A stretch of 55,186 bases of DNA, the filler included, from Jimgerdemannia flammicorona (lineage: Eukaryota): NCBI GenBank assembly GCA_003990765.1. It is 3 parts of 3 records of this genome, joined end to end, with 100 filler letters (N's around TTAATTAATTAA, not from the genome) between each part and the next. Parts side by side here need not be neighbours in the genome. Positions count along the whole stretch, not along the records: positions 1 to 18,331 come from RBNJ01002236.1; positions 18,432 to 36,760 come from RBNJ01002237.1; 1 more part is not named here. One strand, written 5' to 3'. The notes beneath the pieces were generated by a model. The model was not told where the DNA came from. It searched no databases and saw only the letters and a list, made by a program, of their open reading frames with translations. Shown piece by piece: positions 10,090-23,790 of the stretch. Position 1 is the stretch's first letter, and each line of letters begins with the position of its first letter. Both the position numbers and the translations under genes were made by a program.

Positions 10090-13000
10090 TGGTCAGGTGC
10101 CTCCTGAAGATGGCAAGGACATGGATCTGGACTAGACAGTGGAGTCAGATAGGATGGGAGGTGCTGACCCTATCTGTGGATGGTGGCAGACTGGGCTTGG
10201 TGGACTTTCCCAAATGACTTCATTGCTTGCAAGCATGGTGGCTGAAAAGGGCAAGTGTAAGCACACAACCTCCAAGCCACCGAAATTACACATCACCCTC
10301 TGAACAAGCCACTGAAATCACACATGACCTCTGAACAAATCTGAAAATCACTTGCTTAATCATGAAGCTGAGTCAAACTGAAGTCACAGTGCATAAAGCT
10401 GAGTCAATATGAAGTCACAGAACACAAGATTTACACAAACGGAATCTTACCAATCAGGATCAAATACATATATACCAAGCACTGAGACACGTCAAATCAG
10501 AGAACCAAAACAAACAACAACCATAACTTCCAAACACACAAACATGACCACCGAGATCTATACCTATATCTGTGCTGACATTTAGAATACTATTGTCAAT
10601 AGAGCCACACCCCCTCTGCCCCTCATGAATATCCATAGCCTAGTACCTCTCTACTTCATGGAAGCCTGATGGAATGCTCTGAACATACTTAGCAAGGTCC
10701 ACTGAATTGGACAAATCTCAAGCTATTATCAGATCAGCTGCCTCCTGGAAGATATAATCAAACACCACCATAATACAGATATTACTCAGATGTCTTAATA
10801 CCAGAAGCTCATTGCCCGCAAATATTGAGAACTCTTCTATGAGTATAGCACTATTATTCCCTGCCTCCGAGTTATCACAGCCAAAATGGTTGCTACCCTG
10901 TCCTATGGCCAAATCGACAATATGATATAAGAACTCAACCACAAGTACCTCGAGTACATCGAAACCACAGACAGAACCTTCCTACACCCCAATAATCATA
11001 TCCTGCAAATGCCCCAAGTTGGATATACTATGAAGGATATCTACAATATAATCCACTTTGATAAAGACAAAGCAGAAGATAATAATCTCTCTGATACTGA
11101 CATGACCTCTAGCTAAGGATCTCTGCTAACCCTGATCACATCACTAACCTTGTCAATGAACTTATAACAATTCATAACAGTATACGAGACTTATTGAGAC
11201 AATGACCACTAGTATGAATACCAACCCACATTTACCCCTGATTACTTCAACTACAATGAAGAGACCGGAGAACACAACCTGTACCTCCAGACAATCCTTG
11301 AGATTGAACCAACCACTCCACCACCCAAGTATGAGCAATATGAACTACAGCCACTAGCTTACTACAATCCCATAACTCATAGTACTGTAACCTACAGAAG
11401 GTATGCAGACAGTGAATCTGATGAAAGTGAAGATGATGCACCCCTCCTTCGCCCACCAACACCTTATCCAATATATGTGACAGATGATGCCATTTTGTGG
11501 GATAGAGACAAAGTTCCAATGTATTATTACCTCAGCGAATAAGGAGAAGTAATCCATGAACCACTCTTCCTAGATGACTACTTCATCAGAGATGATGCAA
11601 TCGATGGTGATGTCATCGAGGACTATCCAGATAGCACCTAAATCCATAAATAGTCTAGCAGTCATAGTATAGTTAGATTAGCCTTATATGATATGACTGT
11701 GAACTGACTCAGCAGTCAGATGATCTCTTGATATATCAGATCACACTTGTACTACATGACTATATTCTGACTCAGCAAGGCACTTAGTGCTACATCCATA
11801 TTCAGTATAGTCCAGATAGCCCCTTACTAGTATAAATACCCCCTCCCCCAGATCTCAGAATCTCAGACTTGAATACACAAGAATATTCCTGAATACTTCC
11901 CCATAATATTCCTTTACACAACTACTCTTAGTATAGCAATATCGTAAATAGCGAATAAACCTATTCAAATAACCCACAAACTACCCTTAAGTAAATTCAC
12001 TCCCCATTAGGTCCTACTCCTAACCCCATCACAAAATTTTCTAATTGAGTATTGTCTGCAACAATACACCGATTCAACTAAGCTGGTCTTAGTTTCTTGA
12101 ACTTCCTGAAATACAGAAAATCCTGAACATCCAGAACTAGTCCCAAAAAAGGACTTTAGTTGAGACATCAATCTGATCTTGAAATCAATAAGTGTAGAGG
12201 ATATACTCCATATAAAATTGATCTTGACCATAAGAAAATAGTCTTCCAGAATATCTAGAAAACCTTTCCAGAACTATGTAATAGTTATCCTAAAAAGTAA
12301 CCCTCTTACAGCAAGTGAGTTGAGGGGCCAGGAGTGGGTACCACTTATACAAAGGGTGTGAGAGGCCTGGTATTCCCCCTGCAGTACATCTGGTGATCTG
12401 CTTGTAATGGTGGTCCTGAAAGAGAGTGAGAGGATGCAGTATAAGGGCTTTTGGTGAGGAGTGGTGGATGGCATCTGAAGGATTGGTCTTCGATGGCAAG
12501 ATGGTGAAGGCAAGAGAGATTGGAGACTATAGATGTAGAGATGGAACAGACTACTGTTAGGTAGTACTTTGGTGGAGGAATTTCAGCTTGGTGATAGTAT
12601 GGAGTACTTGCAGGGCTTAGGGGGGGACCTGTGGTCTATAGTATAGCAGAGGATAGAGATTAGCGAGGAGTGAGACTGAAATGAGCTTTGGCCTTAGAGC
12701 AAGCAGGTGATGTGATAGCTTCCCCTCAAGTTCTGAGTCATATAGTGGTAGTGCCTAAGGTGGAATGTGATATTAAACTTTTGATCTGGTCACTTGGTGA
12801 CTGATAACCAGTATGAGTATGAGAAATATTTAGATATTAAACAAGAAGAGAAAGTGATACAAACATCTGAATATTGGCTTAGCAAGTGTAATGTTCTAGG
12901 AATTTTTTGACATCTATTGCAAATAGGTTAGAACTGCAAGCTCTGGTGGGAGGGGAAGGGGGGAGATGGGGAGAGCTCTGCCACAGATTGATGGAAGGGA

Positions 13001-13395
13001 TTGATGATAAATGACTAATCTTAGGTTGGGCTCTGGCAATTTGGGTTAGACTAACTAAGCATTAGTTATATGTATTCAAGGAGGGTCAGCAGATTGTGAT
13101 TGAGGATAGGATGGTACATTGAGAATGGCTATTATTAGACATTTTGAATAACTGGTAACAAGGGTAGAGACTGAGTGGAAGTAACAAGTAAGGATTAGTG
13201 AATTGTATTTATCAGAAAAGTGAAGGGAGGGTTAAGGTAGTGGGTGGAAGAATTGTCCTCCAACTAAGTAAAGTTGAAGGAGACAAGGGGGATCCAAGGG
13301 GTATCAGTTGAGGGGATGAGAGTAATATTGTATTATTAATATAGATTAAGTAATAAAGGGAAGTCCAAGTGACTATAAAAAAAAAAAAAAAAAAA
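10090..13395 (+). mobile_element. 5'-truncated L1/Tx1-like LINE with poly(A) tail and 17-bp TSD
   Basis: TSD AATTGATAGTCTTTCAG at 10073-10089 and 13396-13412. A-tail starts at 13377. Encodes RLGLVDF..LHCLQAWWLKRA, homologous to 54150-54230. Split by a solo LTR. Confidence 0.9.
10256..12310 (+). mobile_element. Solo LTR-A (2055 bp) with 5-bp TSD GCAAG
   Basis: TGTAAG...CTTACA termini. GCAAG at 10251-10255 and 12311-12315. TATAAATA near 11831. Carries a decayed internal ORF at 10544-11641. Confidence 0.95.
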
Positions 13396-13557
13396 AATTG
13401 ATAGTCTTTCAGGAGACGCAGGCCTTGTTCGGACCCCCAAACTTTCCAGAATTCATCGACAGCTTTAGAATTCCTGGCATTCTTGAAAAAACGAAATCGA
13501 TTAGTAACGGTAATGATAGAGCTGCAGAAAATATACAACTTAACAGCCCAAGGCGAA

Positions 13558-13768
13558 CTACGACGGGCTCAAGGGCCTGACTACGACGGACTCAAGGGAC
13601 CTTGCACCGAGCAACTCAAGGGATGCACCGATGTGTCGTAATCATTGTCATATAGCCTTGTGCTCTGTGGAAGATCCTACAACGGGCTCAAGGGCCTGAC
13701 TACGACGGACTCAAGGGACCTTGCACCGAGCAACTCAAGGGATGCACCGATGTGTCGTAATCATTGTC
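13558..13768 (+). repeat. Intronic 92-bp direct duplication with CTCAAGGG sub-repeats
   Basis: 13558-13649 and 13677-13768 are nearly identical, separated by 27 bp. Confidence 0.85.
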
Positions 13769-14881
13769 GCAGAAACGGAATAAATAAAAAGCAGGCACCT
13801 TCCAATCGTTGATGAGTTCTTGAGCCTTTTTTGCACGCGCGTTATCTTCGTCAAGGGTGATTCTTTTTAGCAGCGCGAAAAATGCGCCGTGTTGAGCAGT
13901 TTTGTTCCGCGTAATTCTGCCCAGATTCCACTCGAGGAAATCTGGTAGGGACCATTTCGAAATCTCAGTTTCGTTAAAGTAATTTTCGTATTCAGATTTT
14001 GGAGCCTTGGAATGCGTCTTGCGCTCATTAAAGTCACCATCGGCGTCGGCGCTGGTGTCTGGAAGCCAACGAGAATAGCCAATTTTAGATGGTTGATAAG
14101 GGAGAGTGTGGATCAAGGTCGAACCGTATTCACGTATCTTACCAGGTTTCGAGGTACTCATGGAAAATGGTTTTGGTGTCAAGACGATGGAAAATGGTTT
14201 TGGTGTGTACACGTATACATAACCACCATGTGTGACGTCACAAATGGAAATTTGCAAGACCTGGATCGGAAGGCGACCTTTTGTGTTGTTAACAACGCAT
14301 ATAAAAGTATACCCTGCATCCATTCTTTTTTTTCAAAAAGGAATATTTACCGACGGCAAAGTTGCGAGTTTGATTGAGATAAGAATCAATAATATGTTCA
14401 CTTTGTCTGGTTTTGTTGCAGTATGCCCCATATAATAGGGACAACATTGATTGGGTCCATACTGGTTAGCGAGAAAATCCTAAGCCACAGGAAATTGGTC
14501 AGTTAGAGTACGAACCGATTTGATTTTTGAAAAGTACAACTATTTGGCAAATTTATACAGAGATACATATCGCAAGGCATGGAAGCTCGAGACATCGTAT
14601 CGAAAAAGTGTCTAATGCCTATATCCTAAACAAATGGGTTAAGAGCAAACAAAGCCGAAGTGACACTCGAAGAGAGCACAACAGAAACCAAGAAACATCC
14701 ATTACAGATTTCCAGAGAGAGCGCGCCCCTCTCACCAAAAAAAAAAAAAAAAAAAAAAAAAAAATTATTCAATCACAATAGCCACTATATATCATCACCA
14801 CACGAACCAAAGATCTAAAAGATCCACACTTTAAAGTTCACGCACATTTGTCCAACTCCATTACATCCATTATGCCCACGT

Positions 14882-17800
14882 TTACCCGATCAAACTTTGC
14901 ACGACATGCACCAACAATTGCAACGTTTGCAGGACGTTCGGGTTCGGTTCATCATCCGAGCCCAGCTGGTAGTAGCGCTCCTGAAAGCGGCGTTGGAGCT
15001 GTGGCAGGATCACGGTGCAGTGATCTACGATCTCGGAGTCCTATATATGATCGATGCGTAGAGTGCAGGGAGTTCAATGGATCTTTCGTCCGACAGAGAA
15101 GCACATGTTTGGCGGTCACTACTGGAACAACGTTTGGATAGAAAATGTTGTGGAACACACCTTGGGGTTCAGTTTCACCAATACATTTTGAATCCAATTG
15201 AACCGCAGCTCCATATACGAAGTCAAGTCGAGGCTCAAATGATGCAAGAGTGATATCAGCACGGGCTGGCTGAGTGACCCGCGCGCGGAATTCAATACCA
15301 TCGATGGGTTTAACTTGGAGCAGAGTCGCAGAATCACAGCTTGATCGGTTGATTGGAGAGCCTGTGTAGGACGTACAATGTTTGATATACAGTTAACATC
15401 GACGATACCAAGTGATAAATATAAGAACGTGCCCAACACGAACCTTCATAAATGCATCTTCATAATCCATATTCGCAATCGCCACATCAATTTCACCATT
15501 CAGCTGCACAATGTGCGACGACACCGTCAGCGGGAACAGTTGCCCCAACGACCCAGACCGATATGCCAACGTGGACCCGGTGGACCCAGCCGACAACGGG
15601 CCCTGCTGCGATGGAGCTTGCACGCGCTGGACGTACGAATCGGGCGACTCGTACCTACCCGTGCCGACGCTCAGGGCTGCTTGGTGCGTAGCGGGACGCC
15701 GGTCGAACGAGTTCACGGGTGGAGTGGGCATGGGCATCTGTATTGAGGGCACGGGTTGCGCCATCACGCCCAGTTGAGCTTGACGACCTGACGACAGAGT
15801 CGGAGAGGAGGCGGCGACCTGGGCTTGGAGATCGCGGACCTGTTGGGCCAGGGCGTCGACGGAGCTCTGCATGCGCGCGAGGGCCGAGTGCACGTCCGCA
15901 ACACCGTCGCTGACGGACTTCGTCACGGTGTTCTGCAGGCCCTGGTCGAAGGCCGCACCGATCTGATTAAACATCTGCGTTGTGGCACTTTGGTACGCCG
16001 GGATTAGGAGGGTGCTGAACGAATCCTTGAACGTGTCCTCGACGAGGGGCCGCAGGGATTTGGCGACGGATTTGGAGACGGATTCGACGAAGGCCGGCTT
16101 CGACATGATCTTATTGACGTTCTCGGCCACAGATTTGTCGATCGCCGAGGGGACGGCCTGATTATTGGGGAGAATAAAATCAACGTCAGATTTCCAACAT
16201 GCGCACTGTATTTCTCATACCGACTAATGCCAGTCATACCCTGTTCACTGTTTCCGCAACCCCCTTTCCAATCTGCTTTTCCACCGCCGCTGCCACAATC
16301 TTCCCCAACGACGGTATAACTGCGTTTTGCATCTCGCTCCGGATGGTTTGCTCCAACAGCTTCTGCGTGTTATTGCTTAGCGTTTGCGAGACCACCTTCA
16401 AGATCGTCTCTTGGCGTGAGGTTTCAGCGGCTTGGTGTGCGATTCGGTCTTCTTCCAGGCGTTGGTCTGGAAAGGCATAATACGTAATGATGTCAAAACG
16501 AGGAAGGCAAGGAAGACAAAGAAAGATGTCAAAAAAAAAAACTCACATTGACGGTTCATCTCCTTCCCCACCACCTTCCCAACCTTATTCGCCACATTAT
16601 CCTCCACTTTCCTCAGTTCCTTCACCATTTGATGCATTCCCACATGGTTCCCATGGCTGCTCTCTCCCCCAGGCCCCGCGACAGGCAATGTCAGGGGGGG
16701 TGACTGCTGCGACATGGTATCCGCCACGGGGTTCAGCTTTGGCGATGGTGGCGATGCCGGGCCGGACGGTGATGCAGTTGCCATCTTAGCGCCTGCTTGC
16801 TTGTCCTCTGGAGGTATCTGCGGACTGAGGCGTGGGATGTCTGCGAGGGGGAGGCGGTGCGGGGTTGAGGAAGCGGAGGATGTCTCGGGTTTCAATGCGG
16901 AATCCTCATTGTTGGAAGAGGACACCGATTCCTTTCCCTTATCCCCTCTGTGCCTCTCTTTCCTCTCCTTCTCAGGTTTCTTGGGCGCCAGCAACTCCCT
17001 CAACGCCTTAGATGCGTCCGCCATCTTCTCGTCCTCGGTCGTGATCGCCGGCTGGTTCCTTAGCTTCTTGGGAGCCGTTATTTTTTCTTCCTCGGCTGTG
17101 GACGGCGGAGGCGGACCCCTCGGTTTCTCCTTCTCCGACTTTTTGAGGTTCACAGTCTCCCTTATCGCTTTGTTGGTTGCCTCTTCCTCTGCCCTTTCCG
17201 CTTCGGTCCCTTCCTTTCTCGTCGTCCCCACTGCCTGCTCCGCCTTCCGCTTCTCCTTGAGTTTAGCGATCGCGCCGTTCACCACGGGCCCGGATAGCTT
17301 GATCTCTTTGGCCACCTCCACCTCCTTCCTCACCTCCTCATCGCACGCCTCGACTTTGACCCCGACTTCCTTGACCGTCTCCACCTTCTTAACACTCTCC
17401 ACGACCTCGACCGCCGCACCGCCCTCGACCTCACTCGTGGCCACGATCTGTTCCTTCCTCTCCTCCTCGACCATACTCACGTTGGCACCACCCACAACCT
17501 GAATGATCTCCTCCCTCTCGAGTAACCCCGCCTTCTCCCACCCCGTAGGCCTAATGACTTCACCCTCGAGCTGGTACATGCTCACGGCGCGCGACTGCAC
17601 CGTGTACACATTCACTAGGGGGCCCTCGGCCACCTCGTCCGACGTGACGACCATACTCGTGATCGGGTGCTTGACGGGGATCTCGACCATGTAATCGAAC
17701 CGTGCCGGGTTCGACGACGATGCGGCAGTGGTGGTGGCGAGGGACCGGATAAGGTCGACAGTGTTCGCCGGTGGCTGACCCAAATCATCGTGAGGTGCGA

Positions 17801-18233
17801 AGTGAACGTGGAACGAGAAGAAGGAAGCGCGGGCGCTGTTTGCCAAGATGACACTCTGGGTGGCCTGGTCGAACTCAACGAGGTTGAACATGCCAATCTC
17901 GTGCCTATGTAGGACGGAGGGGGGGGCGGATTTGGAGTTTTTGGGCGGGGGCGGAGGGATGAAAGTGACGGTGTGCAGGGGACCGCTGGAAACGTCGCGG
18001 AGCGACCAGAGCTTGAGTACTCGGTTGCGGTCGTGGCACGTAAGAAGGTAGCGCGTGGCGGTGATGGTGTCATGCGGGTGGTCGATGAAGGTAAGGAGAG
18101 TGGCCGGTTCAGAGATGAAAGAGGTGAGAAGCGTTGGGGGCTCGTCGGTGGTTGACCAGACGCGGACGAGGCCATCTGCACCGGCTGTGGCGAGGACCGT
18201 GCCATCCGGGGAAAAGGCGAAATCACCGACGGC
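14882..18233 (-). CDS. EDC4: Enhancer of mRNA decapping 4 (Ge-1/Varicose/Pdc1) homologue, 5' exons lost in gap
   Basis: Approximate exons 18233-16547, 16466-16240, 16157-15444, 15362-15162, 15040-14882. WD40 part (DFAFSPDGTVLATAGADGLVRVW, RFDY), low-complexity linker, helical region (LIPAYQSATTQMFNQI) and the EDC4 C-terminal motif LSQPVLISLLHHLSLDL...W...LNP. GC- and CpG-rich, no stops seen. Confidence 0.88.
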
Positions 18234-18431
18234 CTGTTGGCATTACGACAGAATAAGTAAATAAAAACATGGAAACCAAAATCGTCACTTCACAATCCAG
18301 CAATGGACATTCGTGCATCCATCTCAAAAAANNNNNNNNNNNNNNNNNNNNNNNNNNNNNNNNNNNNNNNNNNNNTTAATTAATTAANNNNNNNNNNNNN
18401 NNNNNNNNNNNNNNNNNNNNNNNNNNNNNNN

Positions 18432-19022
18432 CATCTGCCATGCTGAATTCAGTCCACGAAGGAGGTGTTGGAAACAATCACGCTGTTCTGCGTCAACGTA
18501 CCCGTCTTGTCCCTTCACTGATCCCAAAGTTTCGACCGTTGTCAGCGACTTGCATATACCCTTCTTGTTCTTCATCGCGTTCGCAATTATTGTTAGTGCG
18601 AGGTACCTGCCACTGGACGGCCCTCAGGGACGCCACAATGACCGTGATCATGTTCACAAGATTCGCTGGCACGACGAGGTCGGGGCATTCACAGTTCACC
18701 CATGAACCACATCCAATCACGAAGATGGCGCCTGTCGATATGGCAGCGATGACGATAATGATGATGAGTCGCATGATTTCATGCTTTAATGTCATCATCC
18801 CCGTGTGCTTAACTGAAGAAATATTGATGATTCTCCCAAATAACGTGTTGTCTCCCGTCTGCAGCACCATCCCTTCGTCAGACCCGGACACTGTATATGT
18901 GCCATCAGGGATACATTCTGCGTCTCTAGAAAGTTGTTGTCCATTGCATCCACGGAGCCCTGAATTGCATCCGACTCGCCCGTCAGCGTTGCTTGATCGA
19001 AATGAAGGTTATTTAAAGCCAT
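18432..19022 (-). pseudogene. Frameshifted P-type (type II-like) cation ATPase fragment
   Basis: LTGES, TGDNTLFGRI, VPEG, VETLGSV and DKTGTLTQN motifs occur in the correct order but in different frames. Runs into the gap. Confidence 0.85.
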
Positions 19023-19160
19023 AATACATCAACACTACAATCATGCAACAAAGTTACAACACGATCAGCTGTGACATGAAAACTCCAGAAGGGAAACCAC
19101 AAGCGGCAAGGGATGGGAAACAGCAAGGGATGGGAAACCGCAAATGAAACCGCAACTGAT

Positions 19161-19530
19161 GTAGAAAGAGGAAGAATTAAATGCAAATAGCAGACATTGC
19201 AAATACAAAGGAAAGTGAAAAAGTGAAGTAGGAAGAGAACGAATTGATTGCAAAGAGCAGGTATGACAAATATTAAGGAAAGTAAAGAGTGATGTTAGGA
19301 AGAGAAATTATTAAATGAAAAGAGTAGACATCATGAATATAAAAGAAAAGTGAAAAAATGATGTAGGAAGAGAAAAATTCAAATGTAATACAAAGGAAAA
19401 TTAAAAAGTAATGCAGGAAGAGAAAGAATTAAATACAAATAGTGAATATTGCAAATACTTAGGAAATTAATACATATAGAAAGAGAGGGAATTAAATTAA
19501 AAAGCTGATATTATAAATATAAATGGATCA
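19161..19530 (+). repeat. Degenerate purine-rich minisatellite, ~66-bp unit, ~6 copies
   Basis: Recurring GTAGGAAGAGAA..ATTAAATGCAAA..GCAAATACAAAGGAAA units starting near 19161, 19228, 19294, 19363, 19413 and 19476. Confidence 0.7.
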
Positions 19531-19972
19531 GAAAAGGAAAAAGAACATCCAACTGAACATCTACACATGAGAATTATCTAAATATATAATAAGACAGATT
19601 AATTAGAATTTTTTTTTTTAATAATATAAGATATACCAGAAGTACTAGTCACTAATATTACCTTGATCACATCAAGACCTTTAATGGCATTCTATTTATA
19701 TATCAGTCATCTTAGAGACTGATGATAAAATAGCTCATTCTTAGATCTGCTTCTCATTAGTTCAGATGTCAACTTCTCTATTATATCTATTCTAAAAGAC
19801 TTTAATCAAATGGTTAAGATGTTTTGCCAAATTGATCAAATTATCATATTTGATAATTAGCCATTTGGGTAGTCTAGAGATAGAACCAGGTACTTGAACA
19901 ATATTGCACCTATCAGATATTATAATAGAATAGTGAGTTCTTATCACTATATATATATAATTTACTTATAAT

Positions 19973-20371
19973 TAGTGCTCTCAATGAATTAAATTGAATC
20001 AAATTAGACCCAAATTTGATTTGAATCAAATCAAGGTCCAATTTGATTCGATTTGAATCAAATCAAGGTCCAATTTGATTCAAATTTTGATTTGAATATA
20101 AATTTTTAAAATCCAATAACTTGATGGAAAAATGTCCAAATTTAATGATCTTTGTTATACTGGATTTGCCTTATCAAGGCAAATCCAATAAGCTAAAATA
20201 TATCAAATTTGGACATATTTTCATCAAGTTATTATATTTCAAAGTTTGATATTCAATTTGAACTCAATTTAATTTAAACATAATTTGAATTGAAAAATCC
20301 CCAATTTGATTTAATTCAAATCACCCTTAATTCAATTTCATTCAAATTGTTTGATTTATTTAGAAGTACTA
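19973..20371. mobile_element. Complete decayed hAT-like MITE (399 bp) with 8-bp TSD
   Basis: Termini TAGTGCTCTC... and ...AGAAGTACTA. Flanks CTTATAAT / TTTATAAT (1 mismatch). Subterminal repeats and central palindrome are related to 1-326 and 36414-36760. Confidence 0.78.
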
Positions 20372-21457
20372 TTTATAATATTAAAGATAAGAAGTTATTA
20401 TTATAATTTATTTTACAACTATAATAGTACTTATTATGAATACCTCAAGTATATAGATTATGACTTTCAGTAGCTTTTTCTGAAAGTAGCTTCTATGGAT
20501 TTTATAAATCTGAGATAGAGAAACTAGAAAAGTCTAAAAGAAGCTAAAAATAAGAATATAGAGATATGTATTGGTCAATTCTCTGGATCATTATACATAT
20601 GAGTGATAGATATATCTTAAGATAATAGATATATATTAGAGTCTCTAAGAATATATATCTATATTTCTTATATAGTGTGATAGTTAATCCAAATTAATAG
20701 TATGAATCAGAGAAATAGATATTTAATCACAGTATCTGAAATTGATTCTCAAATATAGTATAAGTCTTACAAATAGTAGTTATTTAGGTAATATAAAAAC
20801 TTTAACAATTGTCAAAGATTTTGTAGATATTGTGAATTATACTAAAATCATAAATTAGCCATATACTATATCTAGTCCACTAAGCAACCAAGACTGCTTT
20901 ACTGCACCAACTTATATATTTAGCCAGAGATACCAGAAACAGTATGTTTACCTGTACCCTCAAGGTATACCATACCCTCAAGGTACACCATACTCTCAAG
21001 CTACACTGTATCCTCAAGGAATACTTACCATAGTTAACAATCTAATGTTAGCAACATAGCAACCAGATAGCAATCAAACTTATATAAATTACCCCAGAGA
21101 CAAGAGTGAATAAACCTCAGTCTGAATTGAATCCAAAGCAAAAGTCAAGTCTGCCTACCACACTTCAAGAGGAACTCTACAGCCACTGCTAGGAGATTGT
21201 GAGCAAAGCATTCCTTTCCACTCCAGTCTACTTTCCAATATAAAGAGTTTGTTATATTTTTGGTTTGCTTGCCAGATAAGCCTGAAGTTTGCCACCAAGT
21301 TCAAGGAAGAACTTCGCCACCATTTCCAAGTTATTTGCTACATTCCCAGAAAGCTGTCTTGCTCAAGCCAGTTTCTGACACAACTTCACAGTGATCTGTC
21401 ACACAAATGAAGCCAGTCTTTAATATAACTTTACCAAGATACTCTTTCCCAGTCAAA

Positions 21458-21702
21458 GCTGCCGATTCAGGAAGATTCTGCACCATCCAAGTTACTTCCC
21501 AGTTGAAGCTGCCGATTCAGGAGGAATCCGCGCCACCCGAGTTATTATTCCCAGAACCCTGCCGATTCAGGAAGAATCCGTGACATCTGAGTTATCCGAG
21601 TTATCTGTATCATCCGAGTTATCCAAGTTATCCGCCACCAAGTTATTTGTCTATTCCCGATGAACCCAATTCAGAAGAATCCGTGCCATCCGCTATTCCC
21701 AG
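21458..21702 (+). repeat. ~50-bp tandem repeats with 9-bp CCGAGTTAT sub-repeats inside the Gypsy-B LTR
   Basis: CTGCCGATTCAGGAAGAATCCG...AGTTA units at about 21458, 21508 and 21559, plus a degenerate copy near 21668. Confidence 0.75.
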
Positions 21703-22813
21703 AAGAGTCTGCCGCCAGTATAATTCCTGAAGGAAACCATTCGCACTACACATGAAATTCTACCGATTCCCAGAAGGAAATTGCCAAATTGCCAGATCAT
21801 CATGCATAAGGTACCTGCCACACTATACAAGAAGATCATCATGCAGAAATCAGAGATCGTCACCCAAGAAGAAAGGACATTAAATCCCCGTCTTACTCTT
21901 CCGAACCCAACCCTCCCGTCCCTTCGTGAATAATAAATTGGATGAATATATGTTTGTGTATTGGGCGAATGCGTGCATGAGGAAAGTTCTGTCTCGAATG
22001 CATTGCATCGGTCAGTTCGAAGAACCCGACATGAAAAGGTGCACAAGAGAGAGGTGGGTGGGAGTGAAAACCATATGGTAGTGATTGAGCGGGATGGGAA
22101 GAGGTCAGGATGTTGGCGAACAATGATTAATTATAAATGTATATTGCCTAATCGAGTAATACACGTCTTTAACGCGCTATCCCTTCAGGATCCCTTCATT
22201 AAATCCCCGTCTTACTCTTCCAAACCCAACCCTCCTGTCCCTTCGTGAATAATAAATTGGATGAATATATGTTTGTGTATTGGGCGAATGCGTGCATGAG
22301 GAAAGTTCTGTCTCGAATGCGTTGCATCGGTCAGTTCGAAGAACCCGGCCCAAAGAAATTAGATGAGCTTACATCGTGGTCATAGGGCCTACATGGAGCG
22401 TGGTCATTAGGACCTGCATTATGTTAATGCGATTTGTCTATGGTCTAGGGCCCTGCCCGAGTAAGGATAGATAGCCTGCCCATGGTCTTCAAATCCTACA
22501 CTACCCGCAATCTTAAGACTTGGCATTAGAGCACGTGTCCTATCCGGGTCTTTGTGATCATAGGATTCTGCGTCATGGGGGCAAGTGAGCCAACCATGGT
22601 CTTCAAATCCTGCACTACTGCAGTCGTAGGACTCGGGTCATTGTGGTCTTAGGATTCTGCATCATGGGGCATACCAAACCATGGTCGTGGAAACTTCACT
22701 GCCTCACAATCTTGGGACTCGGCGCAAAAGCGGGTCCTATGTAGGCGCTCATGGTGAAGAGTTCTACATGGATGGCCGATAAAGGTTGGATGTGACGGCG
22801 GTGATTTGTATGA

Positions 22814-23130
22814 TCACATAGCATGTCTGGCCATATTATGAGAGGCCAGAATCGTCGTCAAGGAGAGGATGCGAGAGATGGGCATCCGAATATATAGTCG
22901 ATAGGCATCACTATGCCACCGCCCAAGAATTTGAATCTTGTAATCTGAGAACCCAGCCTCGGCGGCGTCAGAAGTGGCCCCGATGCAAAAGCTGTGTCCG
23001 GCAAAGGCGGATGCTTGCAGCCCGACAGCCGTAAGAAGGAGCCGTAGCCCCGAAAGGAGCCATGCTTGAGAGAATGAAGCATCGTTGACCCAGCGGAAAA
23101 GTGGCAAGTCAGAAGGGGATAGAGCCAAAA
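22814..23130 (-). pseudogene. Tyrosine recombinase C-terminal catalytic region, downstream copy
   Basis: PLF...FAGHSFCIGA...IQILGRWHSDAYRLYIR (H-x-x-R position mutated, LGRW, catalytic Tyr). Confidence 0.9.
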
Positions 23131-23384
23131 ATTGGCATAATATATAAATGCTAGCCCGTGGTCCTCGAAACCTGTACTGCCACCGTATATATCCTACGTG
23201 GGTCATCGTGGGCCGATTCTCATCACGGGGGCGAAGCCAAACTATGGCCATACACCATGGTGGTGAAAGTTGACGTCAAATGGCGTCAGATAGCATCATA
23301 AAGTGGACAAAGCGCCAAACGGCATGTCCTATACGGGTCGTCGTAGACCGAGTCATAAAGGTCGAAGGGTAGCACATGAGGCTA

Positions 23385-23790
23385 AGGCCGTCGTTAGATG
23401 AAGTATCCGGGAAGTTGGCAACCGGATGTAGAGTCGATAGGCGTCACTACGCCACCGCCCAAGATTTTGAATCTCATAATATGAAGACCTGGCCTTGGTA
23501 GCATCGGAGGCGGCCCCGATGCAAAACTATATCCAGCAAAAGCGGATGCCAGAAGTCCGATGGCAGTGAGGAGAGGCCGTAAGCCAGATAAAAGCCATGC
23601 GCAGGTGAATGGGGCATAGCCAGATCATCAGAAAAGGGGCGATTCAGGGGGAGCCAGGAAAGAGAGGAAGAGGGCTCGGAGGAGGAGAATGGCGCATGGG
23701 CCCGGTAGGTGTGCGGGCAATATAAAGAGTAACACCCTTGCGAAATGGGTCAGTGTGGGAATAACAAAGTAGCGAGGAAGTGGGGCAATC
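23385..23790 (-). pseudogene. Tyrosine recombinase C-terminal region, upstream diverged copy
   Basis: TDPFRKGVTLYIA...AFAGYSFCIGAA...IQNLGRWRSDAYRLYIR, frameshifted. Confidence 0.85.

Larger units (their letters stand above)
9094..14161 (-). pseudogene. Spliced gene of unknown function, disrupted by LINE plus LTR and truncated by the PLE
   Basis: GT-AG exons read MSTSK...YFNETEISKWSLPDFLEW...NDWK / NARNSKAVDEFW..LLKDYQ|LKRKEKQLEAELCD (continuous across the LINE TSD) / LQELNKY.. / ..KWRLSMGKVVEDTLYEFGLKC / HSFVLDP. In-frame TGA near 9421. Confidence 0.7.

Noticed and set aside
14737..14764. Poly(A) run as a retroelement tail
   Set aside because: No TSD or element body was found. It lies in the EDC4 3' region as a simple homopolymer.
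18332..18431. TTAATTAATTAA between N runs (also 36761-36860)
   Set aside because: Scaffolding linker artifact, not biological. Adjacency across the gaps is unverified.
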